Of a stretch of 64,000 bases of DNA, positions 10,129 through 18,757 are shown piece after piece. Origin of the DNA: Candidatus Thorarchaeota archaeon (lineage in GTDB: Archaea > Asgardarchaeota > Thorarchaeia > Thorarchaeales > Thorarchaeaceae); the NCBI GenBank assembly GCA_004524445.1, contig SDNP01000009.1, positions 26,069 to 90,068 of the forward strand, written 5' to 3'. The notes below the pieces were generated by a model that saw nothing but the letters and a program-made list of their open reading frames with translations, was not told where the DNA came from and did not search any database. The translations under genes were made by a program, and so were the position numbers. Each line of letters starts with the position of its first letter. The stretch's first letter is position 1.

Positions 10129-10798
10129 ACCAGGATTTTGCAGTCTTATAAGACGACATTGCTGACCTCTGAGCATTAGTAAGCATTGGACGCATATGGC
10201 CCGGTAATGCGGTACTGAATTCAATTTTTGTTAGGATTTCTAGGGATTCGACTAGTTGCTGTGGATTTCCAGTTGGAAAATCAACCCTACCAAAGCTCCC
10301 TCCTGCGAATAGCGTATCCCCCGTAAACATCACTCCTTCCTCCTTGAAATAGAAGCAGCAACTTCCCTCAGAGTGCCCCGGAGTATGTATGACTGTTGCC
10401 TGCAATTCACCCAGTTTCAATTCATCTCCATCTCTAAAGGGCCGGTCAATCTTCATCTTTGGAAGCTTAACACCAAAGGTGCTTGATAAGGTCAGTTGCA
10501 TGTCGCCCGCGTTTATGCGATTTGCCTCTCTTTCGTGGAGATGAAGCACAACATCGGTCCTGTCCATTATTGGTGCGACGCCTCCAATATGATCTATATG
10601 ACTGTGTGTAAGAGCAATATCTGTGATATCCTCAATCGAATAGTCCAATGATAGAAGTGCTTTCTCAAGATTTTGCAGATGTGCCCCTGTTCCGGAATCG
10701 ATTAGAACCAGTCTATCTCCCGACTCAATTAAACCAATATTTGAGTCGAAGGTACTACTGACTTGGAGATGAATTCCTTCTGTTATCTGTTGAAACAT
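10118..10798 (-). CDS. MBL-fold metallo-hydrolase (glyoxalase II-like)
   Basis: THSHIDHIGG, TPGHS, FTGDTLF, PGH. Confidence 0.9.
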   Translation of the reverse strand: MFQQITEGIHLQVSSTFDSNIGLIESGDRLVLIDSGTGAHLQNLEKALLSLDYSIEDITDIALTHSHIDHIGGVAPIMDRTDVVLHLHEREANRINAGDMQLTLSSTFGVKLPKMKIDRPFRDGDELKLGELQATVIHTPGHSEGSCCFYFKEEGVMFTGDTLFAGGSFGRVDFPTGNPQQLVESLEILTKIEFSTALPGHMRPMLTNAQRSAMSSYKTAKSWFNV

Positions 10799-10802
10799 TA
10801 AG

Positions 10803-11927
10803 TCACCTCATTTGCTCCATCAGGAGGTCAATATCATCTTTTGTGTTGTAAAAATGCGGGGATACCCGCAATCTTCCATTGCGAACAGAGCAGTGGATAT
10901 TTTCCTTCAGCAAAGAATTATGAAGCATTTCAACATGGGATGGCTTGCAGGATACAATAGGTGAACGGTTTCTTTCTTCAAACCTGTAGTATTCTATGTC
11001 GGATTCATCCAAACATGTTCTAAGATAATCCGACACCTCAAGAGCTGCTTCTTCCCGTTTCCTGGAAGGAATATCTAGCAGCAAATCGAGGGATTTCAGG
11101 AATCCAACATACGCCATCATGGCTGGTGACCCTACCTCGAAGCGTCTGGCATCATCAAGAGGCTTTCTCATAGCATAACCAAAATCCTCCATATTCTTTA
11201 CTCCCCACCATCCAAGATACGCAGGAGTCACTATATCAAGGAGCTCCTTTCTAAGAAAGAGAAATCCAGCTCCGATCGGTCCAATCAACCATTTGGCTGC
11301 TTGAGCTGTTGCGAAATCCACTCCCATTTCTTGAAGGTCTATGTCTTTCCATCCTGCAGCTTGAATTATGTCAACAGCAATGAAGCCGCCCATTTCATGC
11401 ACAGCATCAGCCAGCATTTCTATATTGGGAACATATCCTGAGGAAAATTGAACCAAACTAATTGCCACAACACTTGTATTCTCATCAATAGCATTCAAGA
11501 AATCATCATCAGAAACTGCTCCCTGTTGTGACCTAACTACTTTGAGTTCTATATTGTTTCTTTTTGCAATGTACTGCCAGGGAATATAGTTTGCCGGAAA
11601 TTCAAGGTCACAAATTACGATATTAGAATCTTTGGGGTAATCCAATCCATTTGCAAAGGTATTCAGGCCGGTTGAAGTATTGGGCACGAATCCATACTCT
11701 TCACGAGTTCCGCCTAGTAACTTGGCCAAGTTACTTCTTATTATGTCAAATGTGGCAAGGGTCTTCTCAAAATCCCCTTTAGCCGCTACTCTACTTTGAA
11801 GATATTCTCCTACTGCCTTAACGGTTCTTTGGGGCATGATGCCTGTGGAGGCATTATTGAGATAGACCATTGTATTCAGAGTCGGGAACTCAGTCTTGCG
11901 GAGCTTCTCAACAAACGATGATGTCAT
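10803..11927 (-). CDS. Class V aminotransferase-fold PLP enzyme
   Basis: YLNNAS, LEFPAN, VDIIQAAG, AKWLIGPIGAG, RVSPHFYN. Confidence 0.85.
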   Translation of the reverse strand: MTSSFVEKLRKTEFPTLNTMVYLNNASTGIMPQRTVKAVGEYLQSRVAAKGDFEKTLATFDIIRSNLAKLLGGTREEYGFVPNTSTGLNTFANGLDYPKDSNIVICDLEFPANYIPWQYIAKRNNIELKVVRSQQGAVSDDDFLNAIDENTSVVAISLVQFSSGYVPNIEMLADAVHEMGGFIAVDIIQAAGWKDIDLQEMGVDFATAQAAKWLIGPIGAGFLFLRKELLDIVTPAYLGWWGVKNMEDFGYAMRKPLDDARRFEVGSPAMMAYVGFLKSLDLLLDIPSRKREEAALEVSDYLRTCLDESDIEYYRFEERNRSPIVSCKPSHVEMLHNSLLKENIHCSVRNGRLRVSPHFYNTKDDIDLLMEQMR

Positions 11928-12025
11928 GATATGGCGAACTCAATAAATTGGCTGATAAAGCTCACTGATTACATTCACCTAAAGTTTAAGTCTATCCTAG
12001 CATTTTTGTGTGACTGGAGAGAGGT

Positions 12026-12916
12026 TTGTCCCTATTCCGTAGAATCATTGCCCGACTAAAAGGGAAGAAGGAGGAAAAGGAAGAAAAATCAGAGGACACC
12101 ACGACCTCAGAAACTACGCAGCGAAGAGATATGGACAAACCAAAAAAAGTCGAAAAACCAACCCCAGAATCCAAGGAAGTCCCTGCTAAGGCAGAGCCTC
12201 CGAAAAGGAAAGTGTATGAGGATTCAACTCCTCCCGATGGTAGCATTCTTGCATCATCAGCAAGCTTTAGGGTCAATACTGAAGAAACAAAGAACCTGGC
12301 TGAAGAAGCAAAAATAGGGGAACATTCTACAGCTGAGATGGTTCCAGGATATGCTTTGAAGCGAGATGATCAGGGCAGAATCCACATCAAGATTGTGTTC
12401 TATGGTCCATCTTTATCAGGAAAGACTACAGCCCTTAGATGGTTGTTTTCTCACGTTAGATCTCTATCCAAAGGTAAGCTTGTCGAAATTGCAGACGATT
12501 TGGGACGAACCACTTTCTTTGACTTTGTACCTGTTACAGCTAGCGAGAAAATAGTATTTGATGTCTTCACCGTAGCAGGTCAGAGGAGGCACGCGCGTCA
12601 GAGAATCAATGTCCTTCGCGATGCTGATGGCATAATATTCATGGCTGACTCTCGACCCGAGATGACAAATGAGAATCTGGCGTCTTTGGAAGAGCTAAAG
12701 ATTGCACTGGGGACTGATAGGATAGCTAACATGCCCATTGTTGTTTCATTGAATAAACGTGACCTTCCAAATGCTTTGCCGGTTGACTATATGGTCGATC
12801 TGTTGGATGTTGATGGATACCCTGTCTTTCCCACAATAGCCACCGAAGGCAAGAACCTTCTGAGAATGTTTCAACGCATTCTTAGAGACTCTCTAATCTT
12901 TCGCGTAGGGCTCTAA
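12026..12916 (+). CDS. MglA-like small GTPase with N-terminal amphipathic and low-complexity extension
   Basis: KIVFYGPSLSGKTT, RTTFFDF, TVAGQ, NKRD, IATEG. Confidence 0.85.
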   Translation: MSLFRRIIARLKGKKEEKEEKSEDTTTSETTQRRDMDKPKKVEKPTPESKEVPAKAEPPKRKVYEDSTPPDGSILASSASFRVNTEETKNLAEEAKIGEHSTAEMVPGYALKRDDQGRIHIKIVFYGPSLSGKTTALRWLFSHVRSLSKGKLVEIADDLGRTTFFDFVPVTASEKIVFDVFTVAGQRRHARQRINVLRDADGIIFMADSRPEMTNENLASLEELKIALGTDRIANMPIVVSLNKRDLPNALPVDYMVDLLDVDGYPVFPTIATEGKNLLRMFQRILRDSLIFRVGL

Positions 12917-13656
12917 TCTTGGCTTCTTTCGTTGAGAGGCAATTTTCCCATCTCAAGTTCTTCAATGAGTGTAATGATTTCTTGCTTTGCTTGTTCCATT
13001 ATGGCTTTTCCCTTCTCTGCTGTTGCTTTCGTCGGATCGCCATACGTCGCTTTAGGATAAAGCTCTTCTCTATACCAGGCTGATACAACTCGATATCTGG
13101 TTGCAACTCTAGCCGGGTTTGCGGATTGCATGTCAACCAAGTCGGGCCTAACAAACAGCATTTCAGAGGTTTCGTCCTCTCCTGCATGTCCCATCGGGGT
13201 TTCCACCAGCTCATTTCTTACATCCTTGGCAAGATCCCGCCACCAATTTATTATTATTACTACGCGTTCGCCCTTTTTGGTAGCAAGTCTAGCAGCACTC
13301 TCTAGATGCGGAGTATTCCCGCCATGCCCATTTAGTGCAACTATATACTTGAATCCATGAATGAAGACGCCCTTCATGATATCAGTGTAGAAATCAATGA
13401 GTGTTTTTGGCTGAACGGAAATGGTGCCTTGAAACTGATTGAAAATCCAACTGTCTCCAAATGGAATAGTTGGAAGTACTACCGCTTCTGTATTCTCAGC
13501 TATGTGCTTGGCGAGATGCTCTGGGAGTATGGTATCTGTCCCAAGTGGCAAATGCCTACCATGCGCTTCAAGTGAACCTGTTACAAATACAGCGATATTG
13601 GTATTCTTGCACTCAGACAGGAACTGCCCATGGGTAAATTCGTTCCAAAATGGCAT
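12913..13656 (-). CDS. Creatininase family amidohydrolase
   Basis: GSLEAHGRHLPLGTD, NGHGGN, HAGEDETS; start placed at MPFWNE. Confidence 0.9.
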   Translation of the reverse strand: MPFWNEFTHGQFLSECKNTNIAVFVTGSLEAHGRHLPLGTDTILPEHLAKHIAENTEAVVLPTIPFGDSWIFNQFQGTISVQPKTLIDFYTDIMKGVFIHGFKYIVALNGHGGNTPHLESAARLATKKGERVVIIINWWRDLAKDVRNELVETPMGHAGEDETSEMLFVRPDLVDMQSANPARVATRYRVVSAWYREELYPKATYGDPTKATAEKGKAIMEQAKQEIITLIEELEMGKLPLNERSQD

Positions 13657-13803
13657 TGTTACTCGAATTACATTGCACATCAACTCCAATATTAATCATC
13701 TGCTCAGTATCTGAATGCGAATCTGTATAACCACCGAAAAGGATTAAAGAACACCATAGTAGGGCGGTGCTTAGTATTGGCTACACGGCCTTGCTTTGAT
13801 GAT

Positions 13804-13913
13804 AGCCCCGTGGTGTAGCGGTCCATCATGAGGGGTTCTGGTATCATTGAGCTCTTTTAGCTCTCAGATAGGAACTCCCCTTGACCCAGGTTCAAATCCT
13901 GGCGGGGCTACCA
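13804..13913 (+). tRNA. tRNA-Gln(CTG) with a 34-nt intron at 37/38 (13842-13875) and encoded CCA
   Basis: Acceptor AGCCCCG/CGGGGCT, anticodon stem AGGGG/CCCCT, CTG at 13838-13840, T arm CCAGG-TTCAAAT-CCTGG, bulge-helix-bulge motif. Confidence 0.95.
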
Positions 13914-14042
13914 CTTTCCCCATGTCTGCACTCAGAAAAGATGCCCTCCGCGCGTCTGTCGTCTCTTTTCTTTTTTCGAATAATTTAACCTTTTTAGCGC
14001 AATACTATACATTTAAAGGGATTGATGACCATTAATTAAAGA

Positions 14043-14127
14043 CGACAGTAGACCCGTAATTCAACGGTTTTCTGTTGCTTTGACTGGCGTCCCTCCCGGC
14101 GGCTATCAATGAATACGGGTCCTGTCG
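14043..14127 (+). ncRNA. Candidate small structured RNA (three-way junction)
   Basis: CGACAG-GACCCGT pairs with ACGGGTC-CTGTCG; two internal hairpins; TTTAAAG about 30 nt upstream. Confidence 0.4.
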
Positions 14128-14196
14128 AATTCCTATTCTCAGCAGGACAACCTTCATATCAATGTAGAGCCTCAATTACTATGGAAAGTATGCATC

Positions 14197-14976
14197 ATGG
14201 AAACAGTCGAGCTCGGCTGGGATAAATTTTGGGCCGAACTATTTCGAGTGAAGCATCGTCGTTCGATTCCAGGGATTGAGCATTATGATGAGATGGTTGT
14301 GGATTTTTGTTTAGAAACCCTGAATCTCAAAGAAGGGGACGCGATTCTTGATATTGCATGTGGCGCAGGGGATCATAGTGTTCTTTTCGCAAAGAATGGT
14401 CTTGAAGTAACTGGATTTGACCTGTCACAAACGCTTATCGATGCGGCCACACAGCATGCCCAAGAAGCGAACGTTGATATCAATTTCTATCGTGGAGATA
14501 TGAGAGAGATTAACTTCGTCCAACGGTTTAAAGGTGCTGTTCTACTCAGCCATAGCTTCGGTTTCTTTAACCATGAGGAAAATAAGTTGGTGCTTGAGGG
14601 TAGCTACAACGCTTTGATTGAGGGTGGTAGACTGCTCCTTGATTTGATGAACCCTTACAATCTTCCTAAATTCCAAAAGTCTTGGACTGAGCTTGACGGC
14701 GGCTACCTTCTCAGCGAGCCACATTTTCTTGATGCTCCTGCTGGGGTTCTACGTGGCAGACCTGCTACCTACATTGATGCAGAAGCCTCGAGAATTGTCT
14801 TAGCCAATCAAGACGCACTCGCAAACAACAATATTCGCATGTACACCGCCCTTGAAATTTGTGCCCTTATATCAGAGGTTGGCTTTGAGAAGACTGAACT
14901 CTTTGGGCAGAATAAGCTTCCTCGCTGTCAGTACACTGCGGGATCTGATAGGATGGTTGTCGTTGCCACAAAGTAG
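14197..14976 (+). CDS. Class I SAM-dependent methyltransferase
   Basis: ILDIACGAG, VTGFDLS, GDMRE, SFGFF, GGRLLLD. Confidence 0.9.
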   Translation: METVELGWDKFWAELFRVKHRRSIPGIEHYDEMVVDFCLETLNLKEGDAILDIACGAGDHSVLFAKNGLEVTGFDLSQTLIDAATQHAQEANVDINFYRGDMREINFVQRFKGAVLLSHSFGFFNHEENKLVLEGSYNALIEGGRLLLDLMNPYNLPKFQKSWTELDGGYLLSEPHFLDAPAGVLRGRPATYIDAEASRIVLANQDALANNNIRMYTALEICALISEVGFEKTELFGQNKLPRCQYTAGSDRMVVVATK

Positions 14977-15021
14977 CTCCTCTGACGGAAATCTTTTAAG
15001 AACCTGTTAGACTCGTCGCGC

Positions 15022-15113
15022 ATGCCACCGAACTACTTTCGGTGACCCCGCCGAGTTCTCTCGCGCTAACTCTGGCAGTCCGGGTCAGATTATGGTTATT
15101 ACTCAAAACGAGT
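15022..15113 (+). promoter_or_regulatory. Structured 5' leader of the EF-2 gene with a 7-codon uORF (MPPNYFR)
   Basis: TTTTAAGA at 14994; hairpins at 15026-15044 and 15043-15087; uORF 15022-15045. Confidence 0.4.
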
Positions 15114-15122
15114 GTGAAAAAG

Positions 15123-17336
15123 ATGGTTAAGATTAAGGAGCCTGATGCAATTAAGAGGCTCATCAAGTCAGATAATTACGAACAGAAGCGCATTATTAGC
15201 ATATCTGCGCATATCGATCACGGTAAGACGACAACCACCGACTATTTGATGCGTCGTGCTGGTCTTATGAGTGATGCCGCAGCCGGTCAGGCACTGATGA
15301 CTGACAGCGATGAAGAAGAACAGGAAAGAGGAATCACAATCTTCACCTCCGTTGTCCTCCTGAACTTCGAAATTGACGGCGAAGAGTATCTAGTACAGTT
15401 ATCCGATACCCCCGGTCACTTGTCATTTACCGGCGAGGTTTCACGCGCTCTAAGAGCTAGTGATGGTGTAGTTATTCTAGTAGACGCACTCGAAGGTGTA
15501 ATGACTCAAACTGAAACAAATATCAGATTAGCAGTTGGCGGAGAGGCATGCAAGCCAGTACTATTCGTGAATAAGGTTGACAGACTGATTAACGAGCTGA
15601 AGCTGCCTCCCGAAAAGGTATACGAGAGAATTGACATCATTATTGCAAAAGTGAATGAACTCATCAAAAAAGTTGCGCCAGACGATTTCACGAAGAACTG
15701 GCGAGTCAGCTTCGAACAGGGCAGCGTTGCTATTGGCAGTGCAAAGACTGGATGGGCATTCACCATGGAGACTTTGAAGAAGAATAACATCAAGCCCACA
15801 GTAGTCTTTGAGAAATATAATGAAGGCGATGAGCGGTGGCTTCGAGAGAACCTTCCCCTTGATGATGCTATACTGGAGATGATTGTCAAACATCTTCCAA
15901 ATCCGAAGGAAGCTCAGATCTACAAAATACCACGAATCTGGAAAGGAGACCCTGAGAGTCCAGAAGGAAAAGCATTGCTCAAATGCGATCCTGATGGTCC
16001 ACTCCTCGGAATGATTACCAAAATCTTTGTTGATCCCAAGAGCAAGAGGCCCACTCTAATTGGACGAGTATTTTCAGGCACTCTGCACTCTGGTGAAGAA
16101 ATCAGACTTGTGAATATGAAGCAAACCGCTAGAGTTCGAAGGTTAGGGGTACAAGAAATCACTGACATCCTTCCCATGGAAGAGATACCTGCGGGAAACC
16201 TATTCTCAATATTTGGCTTCATGTGTCCTTCTGGAGAAACTTTTGTGGCTGAAGGTTCCGATATGAAAGGCTTTGAGGCAATAGAATATGTGAGTGAACC
16301 AGTTGTGAGCCGAAGCATAAAGCCTGTCGACCCTCAAGACATTGCCAAACTGGGTGAAGTTGTTCGGAAATGGATTATGGCAGATCCGACAGCCAGATTC
16401 TTCCATGACAAGGAGTCTGGAGAATACCGCTTAGATGGAATCGACCCTCTTCAGATAGAGATTCTTACAAAGCGTATCAATGAGCAAGTGGAAATCAGTG
16501 TATCTGAGCCAATCATTGTCTATCGAGAAAAAATGACTGAGACCGGAGATGAATTCCATACCAAATCACCAAACGGTCACAATAGAATCAAGATGTTTCT
16601 CGAACCTTTGGACGAGAAGACCGTGGAACTGATCAAGAAAAAGAAAGTAACCATAGAGATGCCCGAGCGTGAACGTGCGCAGCTTCTCAGAGATGAAGCA
16701 GGATGGGATGCCAAAGAGGCTCGTAAAATCCTTGATATCTACGAGAATTGCATGTTAGTGGACCAGATGAGTGGTGTACAGCGATTTGACAGGATCGAGC
16801 CTTACGTCAAGAGCACATTCAAGGAATTTGTGGAATCGGGCCCACTGGCTCATGAACCTGTAATGGGCGTGAAGGCAACAATTACAGACGCAACAATTCA
16901 TACAGACCCTGCTCATACGGGCTACAATGAGGTTGCCACAATGACCAGTGCTGCTTTAAACCTGAGCTTTCTAACTGGGCGTCCTGGTCTATATGAGCCT
17001 ATCCTCAATGTGGATATCAAGACTCCAACGGACACTCAGGGTGGAGTTATCAAGGTTCTGACTTCCCACCGTGGACAGATTGTCACGATAGAAGGTGAAG
17101 AAGAGGCGGTTGCGGTCAAGGGCACACTACCCACTGCAGAAACAATAGGCATTGCTGATGAATTCAGAAGTGCAACGGCTGGTAGAAGCTTCTTTGGTTA
17201 CGAATTTAGAGGCTTTGAGGCACTGCCCTCCAATCTTCAAGAAGAGATTATCCTTGAGATACGTGAGCGGAAGGGAATGCCCAGCGAACTACCTACTCTG
17301 GGTTCATGGAGCCGTTGGGTATACAGGCGTACATAG
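15123..17336 (+). CDS. Elongation factor 2 family GTPase, probably the Asgard aEF-2 paralog; alternative GTG start at 15042
   Basis: AHIDHGKTT, RGITI, DTPGH, NKVD, KSPNGHN; diphthamide loop reads DPAHTG; no S12/S7/EF-1a neighbours. Confidence 0.9.
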   Translation: MVKIKEPDAIKRLIKSDNYEQKRIISISAHIDHGKTTTTDYLMRRAGLMSDAAAGQALMTDSDEEEQERGITIFTSVVLLNFEIDGEEYLVQLSDTPGHLSFTGEVSRALRASDGVVILVDALEGVMTQTETNIRLAVGGEACKPVLFVNKVDRLINELKLPPEKVYERIDIIIAKVNELIKKVAPDDFTKNWRVSFEQGSVAIGSAKTGWAFTMETLKKNNIKPTVVFEKYNEGDERWLRENLPLDDAILEMIVKHLPNPKEAQIYKIPRIWKGDPESPEGKALLKCDPDGPLLGMITKIFVDPKSKRPTLIGRVFSGTLHSGEEIRLVNMKQTARVRRLGVQEITDILPMEEIPAGNLFSIFGFMCPSGETFVAEGSDMKGFEAIEYVSEPVVSRSIKPVDPQDIAKLGEVVRKWIMADPTARFFHDKESGEYRLDGIDPLQIEILTKRINEQVEISVSEPIIVYREKMTETGDEFHTKSPNGHNRIKMFLEPLDEKTVELIKKKKVTIEMPERERAQLLRDEAGWDAKEARKILDIYENCMLVDQMSGVQRFDRIEPYVKSTFKEFVESGPLAHEPVMGVKATITDATIHTDPAHTGYNEVATMTSAALNLSFLTGRPGLYEPILNVDIKTPTDTQGGVIKVLTSHRGQIVTIEGEEEAVAVKGTLPTAETIGIADEFRSATAGRSFFGYEFRGFEALPSNLQEEIILEIRERKGMPSELPTLGSWSRWVYRRT

Positions 17337-17431
17337 ATTTTTGTTTGAGTGGCATCCCCTAAAGGATGTCACCTTTCCTCTCTTTTTGGATAGATATAAG
17401 TTATTAGAGCTCTATTGCCCAACTGATTGTC

Positions 17432-18751
17432 ATGGCATTTGATGTAAAGGAAACTCTTGAAGCCCTAGTCTCTTTTGAAACAACAAATACAGATGAGAAG
17501 AAGTCTGGATCCGAGTGCCCCAAGTACATCTTGAGTCGCTTGGAAGATTATGGATTCAGGACCGAGCTTATCGAGTCTGAAGGATATTACAGTGGACTTG
17601 GAGAATTCGGTGAGGGGGAATACTCTGTGCTATTTCTTGCACATTTTGATGTAGTTCCTGTAAGTGACAACTGGGAATACCCAGCTTTTGAAGTCACCTA
17701 CGACAGCAACAGGGCATATGGAAGAGGAACTTGTGATGATAAAGGGAATATTGTATCGCTGCTCAACATGGCAAAAATGATCAGTGAAGGCGAACCGAGC
17801 TGTATCACAATGATTGGTGTTACTGGTGATGAAGAGATTGGAGGGCGGAATGGCGCATACGTTCTGCAGAAGAAGCTGCTTCATGAGGATCGTTTTCCTG
17901 ACTATGTGATTATCGCAGATGGCCTGAATCAAGATATAATCAACCGGCGGCGTAACATTCTTCCGACAATATTCAGAACCAAGAAGAAAAAAGCGACCAT
18001 TATGGGAACTAGGGACACCCTGCGTTTTGAAACGGAAACATTCGGAACTGATACTAGACATTCAGCATATCTAAGATTAGGCGTAGATAGGCATGCCATG
18101 CTCGCCGCATCAAAATACATGGATTTACACTCTGATTTACTAGTGACAAATGTACGAGGCGCCTTTGTTAAATCAAATGTTGTCCCCGATTGGGTGGAGA
18201 TGGATATCATTGAGCCCACGGATGATGGTGAAGAATGTGAATATGATGGAAACTTGACCAATCTCATGAGAGAGCTGCTAACAATAGCAAGTACCAGCTT
18301 TCCTACTCGCCTCTCGGATAAGGGAACCATAATCAATCCGAACATCCTCGAAGACCGTCGTGATTCATGGAAACTACATTGCGACATACGAGCCATGACT
18401 AATGATGCTGAAGAGGTGAAAGAGTCCTTTGAAAGAAATCTGAAGGATAGAGTGAATCTCGAAGAACTTAAGGTTCATGCTGGAATGGGCTATGTTGATT
18501 CAGATCCCTCTTCAAAGCTTATAGGGACTGCCCGGAAGGTACTAGAGGAATTGTCAATACCATATGCAATCGTTGAAGGCTTTGGCGCATCGGACTCAAG
18601 ATATTTTGCAGGACATGGCTCCGATGTATTTGATTTTGGCCCAAGAGGCGATAATTTGCATGGGCCCAATGAATGGGTGTGGCTTCCTTCACTCGATGAG
18701 AATGCCCGTTTCTATCACCAATTGGTAAAGAAAATTGCTGATAGTGAATGA
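17432..18751 (+). CDS. M20 family metallopeptidase (ArgE/DapE-like)
   Basis: AHFDVVP, GRGTCDDKG, DEEIGG, GASDSRY, NLHGPNE. Confidence 0.9.
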   Translation: MAFDVKETLEALVSFETTNTDEKKSGSECPKYILSRLEDYGFRTELIESEGYYSGLGEFGEGEYSVLFLAHFDVVPVSDNWEYPAFEVTYDSNRAYGRGTCDDKGNIVSLLNMAKMISEGEPSCITMIGVTGDEEIGGRNGAYVLQKKLLHEDRFPDYVIIADGLNQDIINRRRNILPTIFRTKKKKATIMGTRDTLRFETETFGTDTRHSAYLRLGVDRHAMLAASKYMDLHSDLLVTNVRGAFVKSNVVPDWVEMDIIEPTDDGEECEYDGNLTNLMRELLTIASTSFPTRLSDKGTIINPNILEDRRDSWKLHCDIRAMTNDAEEVKESFERNLKDRVNLEELKVHAGMGYVDSDPSSKLIGTARKVLEELSIPYAIVEGFGASDSRYFAGHGSDVFDFGPRGDNLHGPNEWVWLPSLDENARFYHQLVKKIADSE

Positions 18752-18757
18752 TATTCC

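Noticed and set aside
13804-14200. tRNA as an integration site for a mobile element
   Set aside because: No integrase or transposase and no duplicated tRNA 3' end noticed in the window
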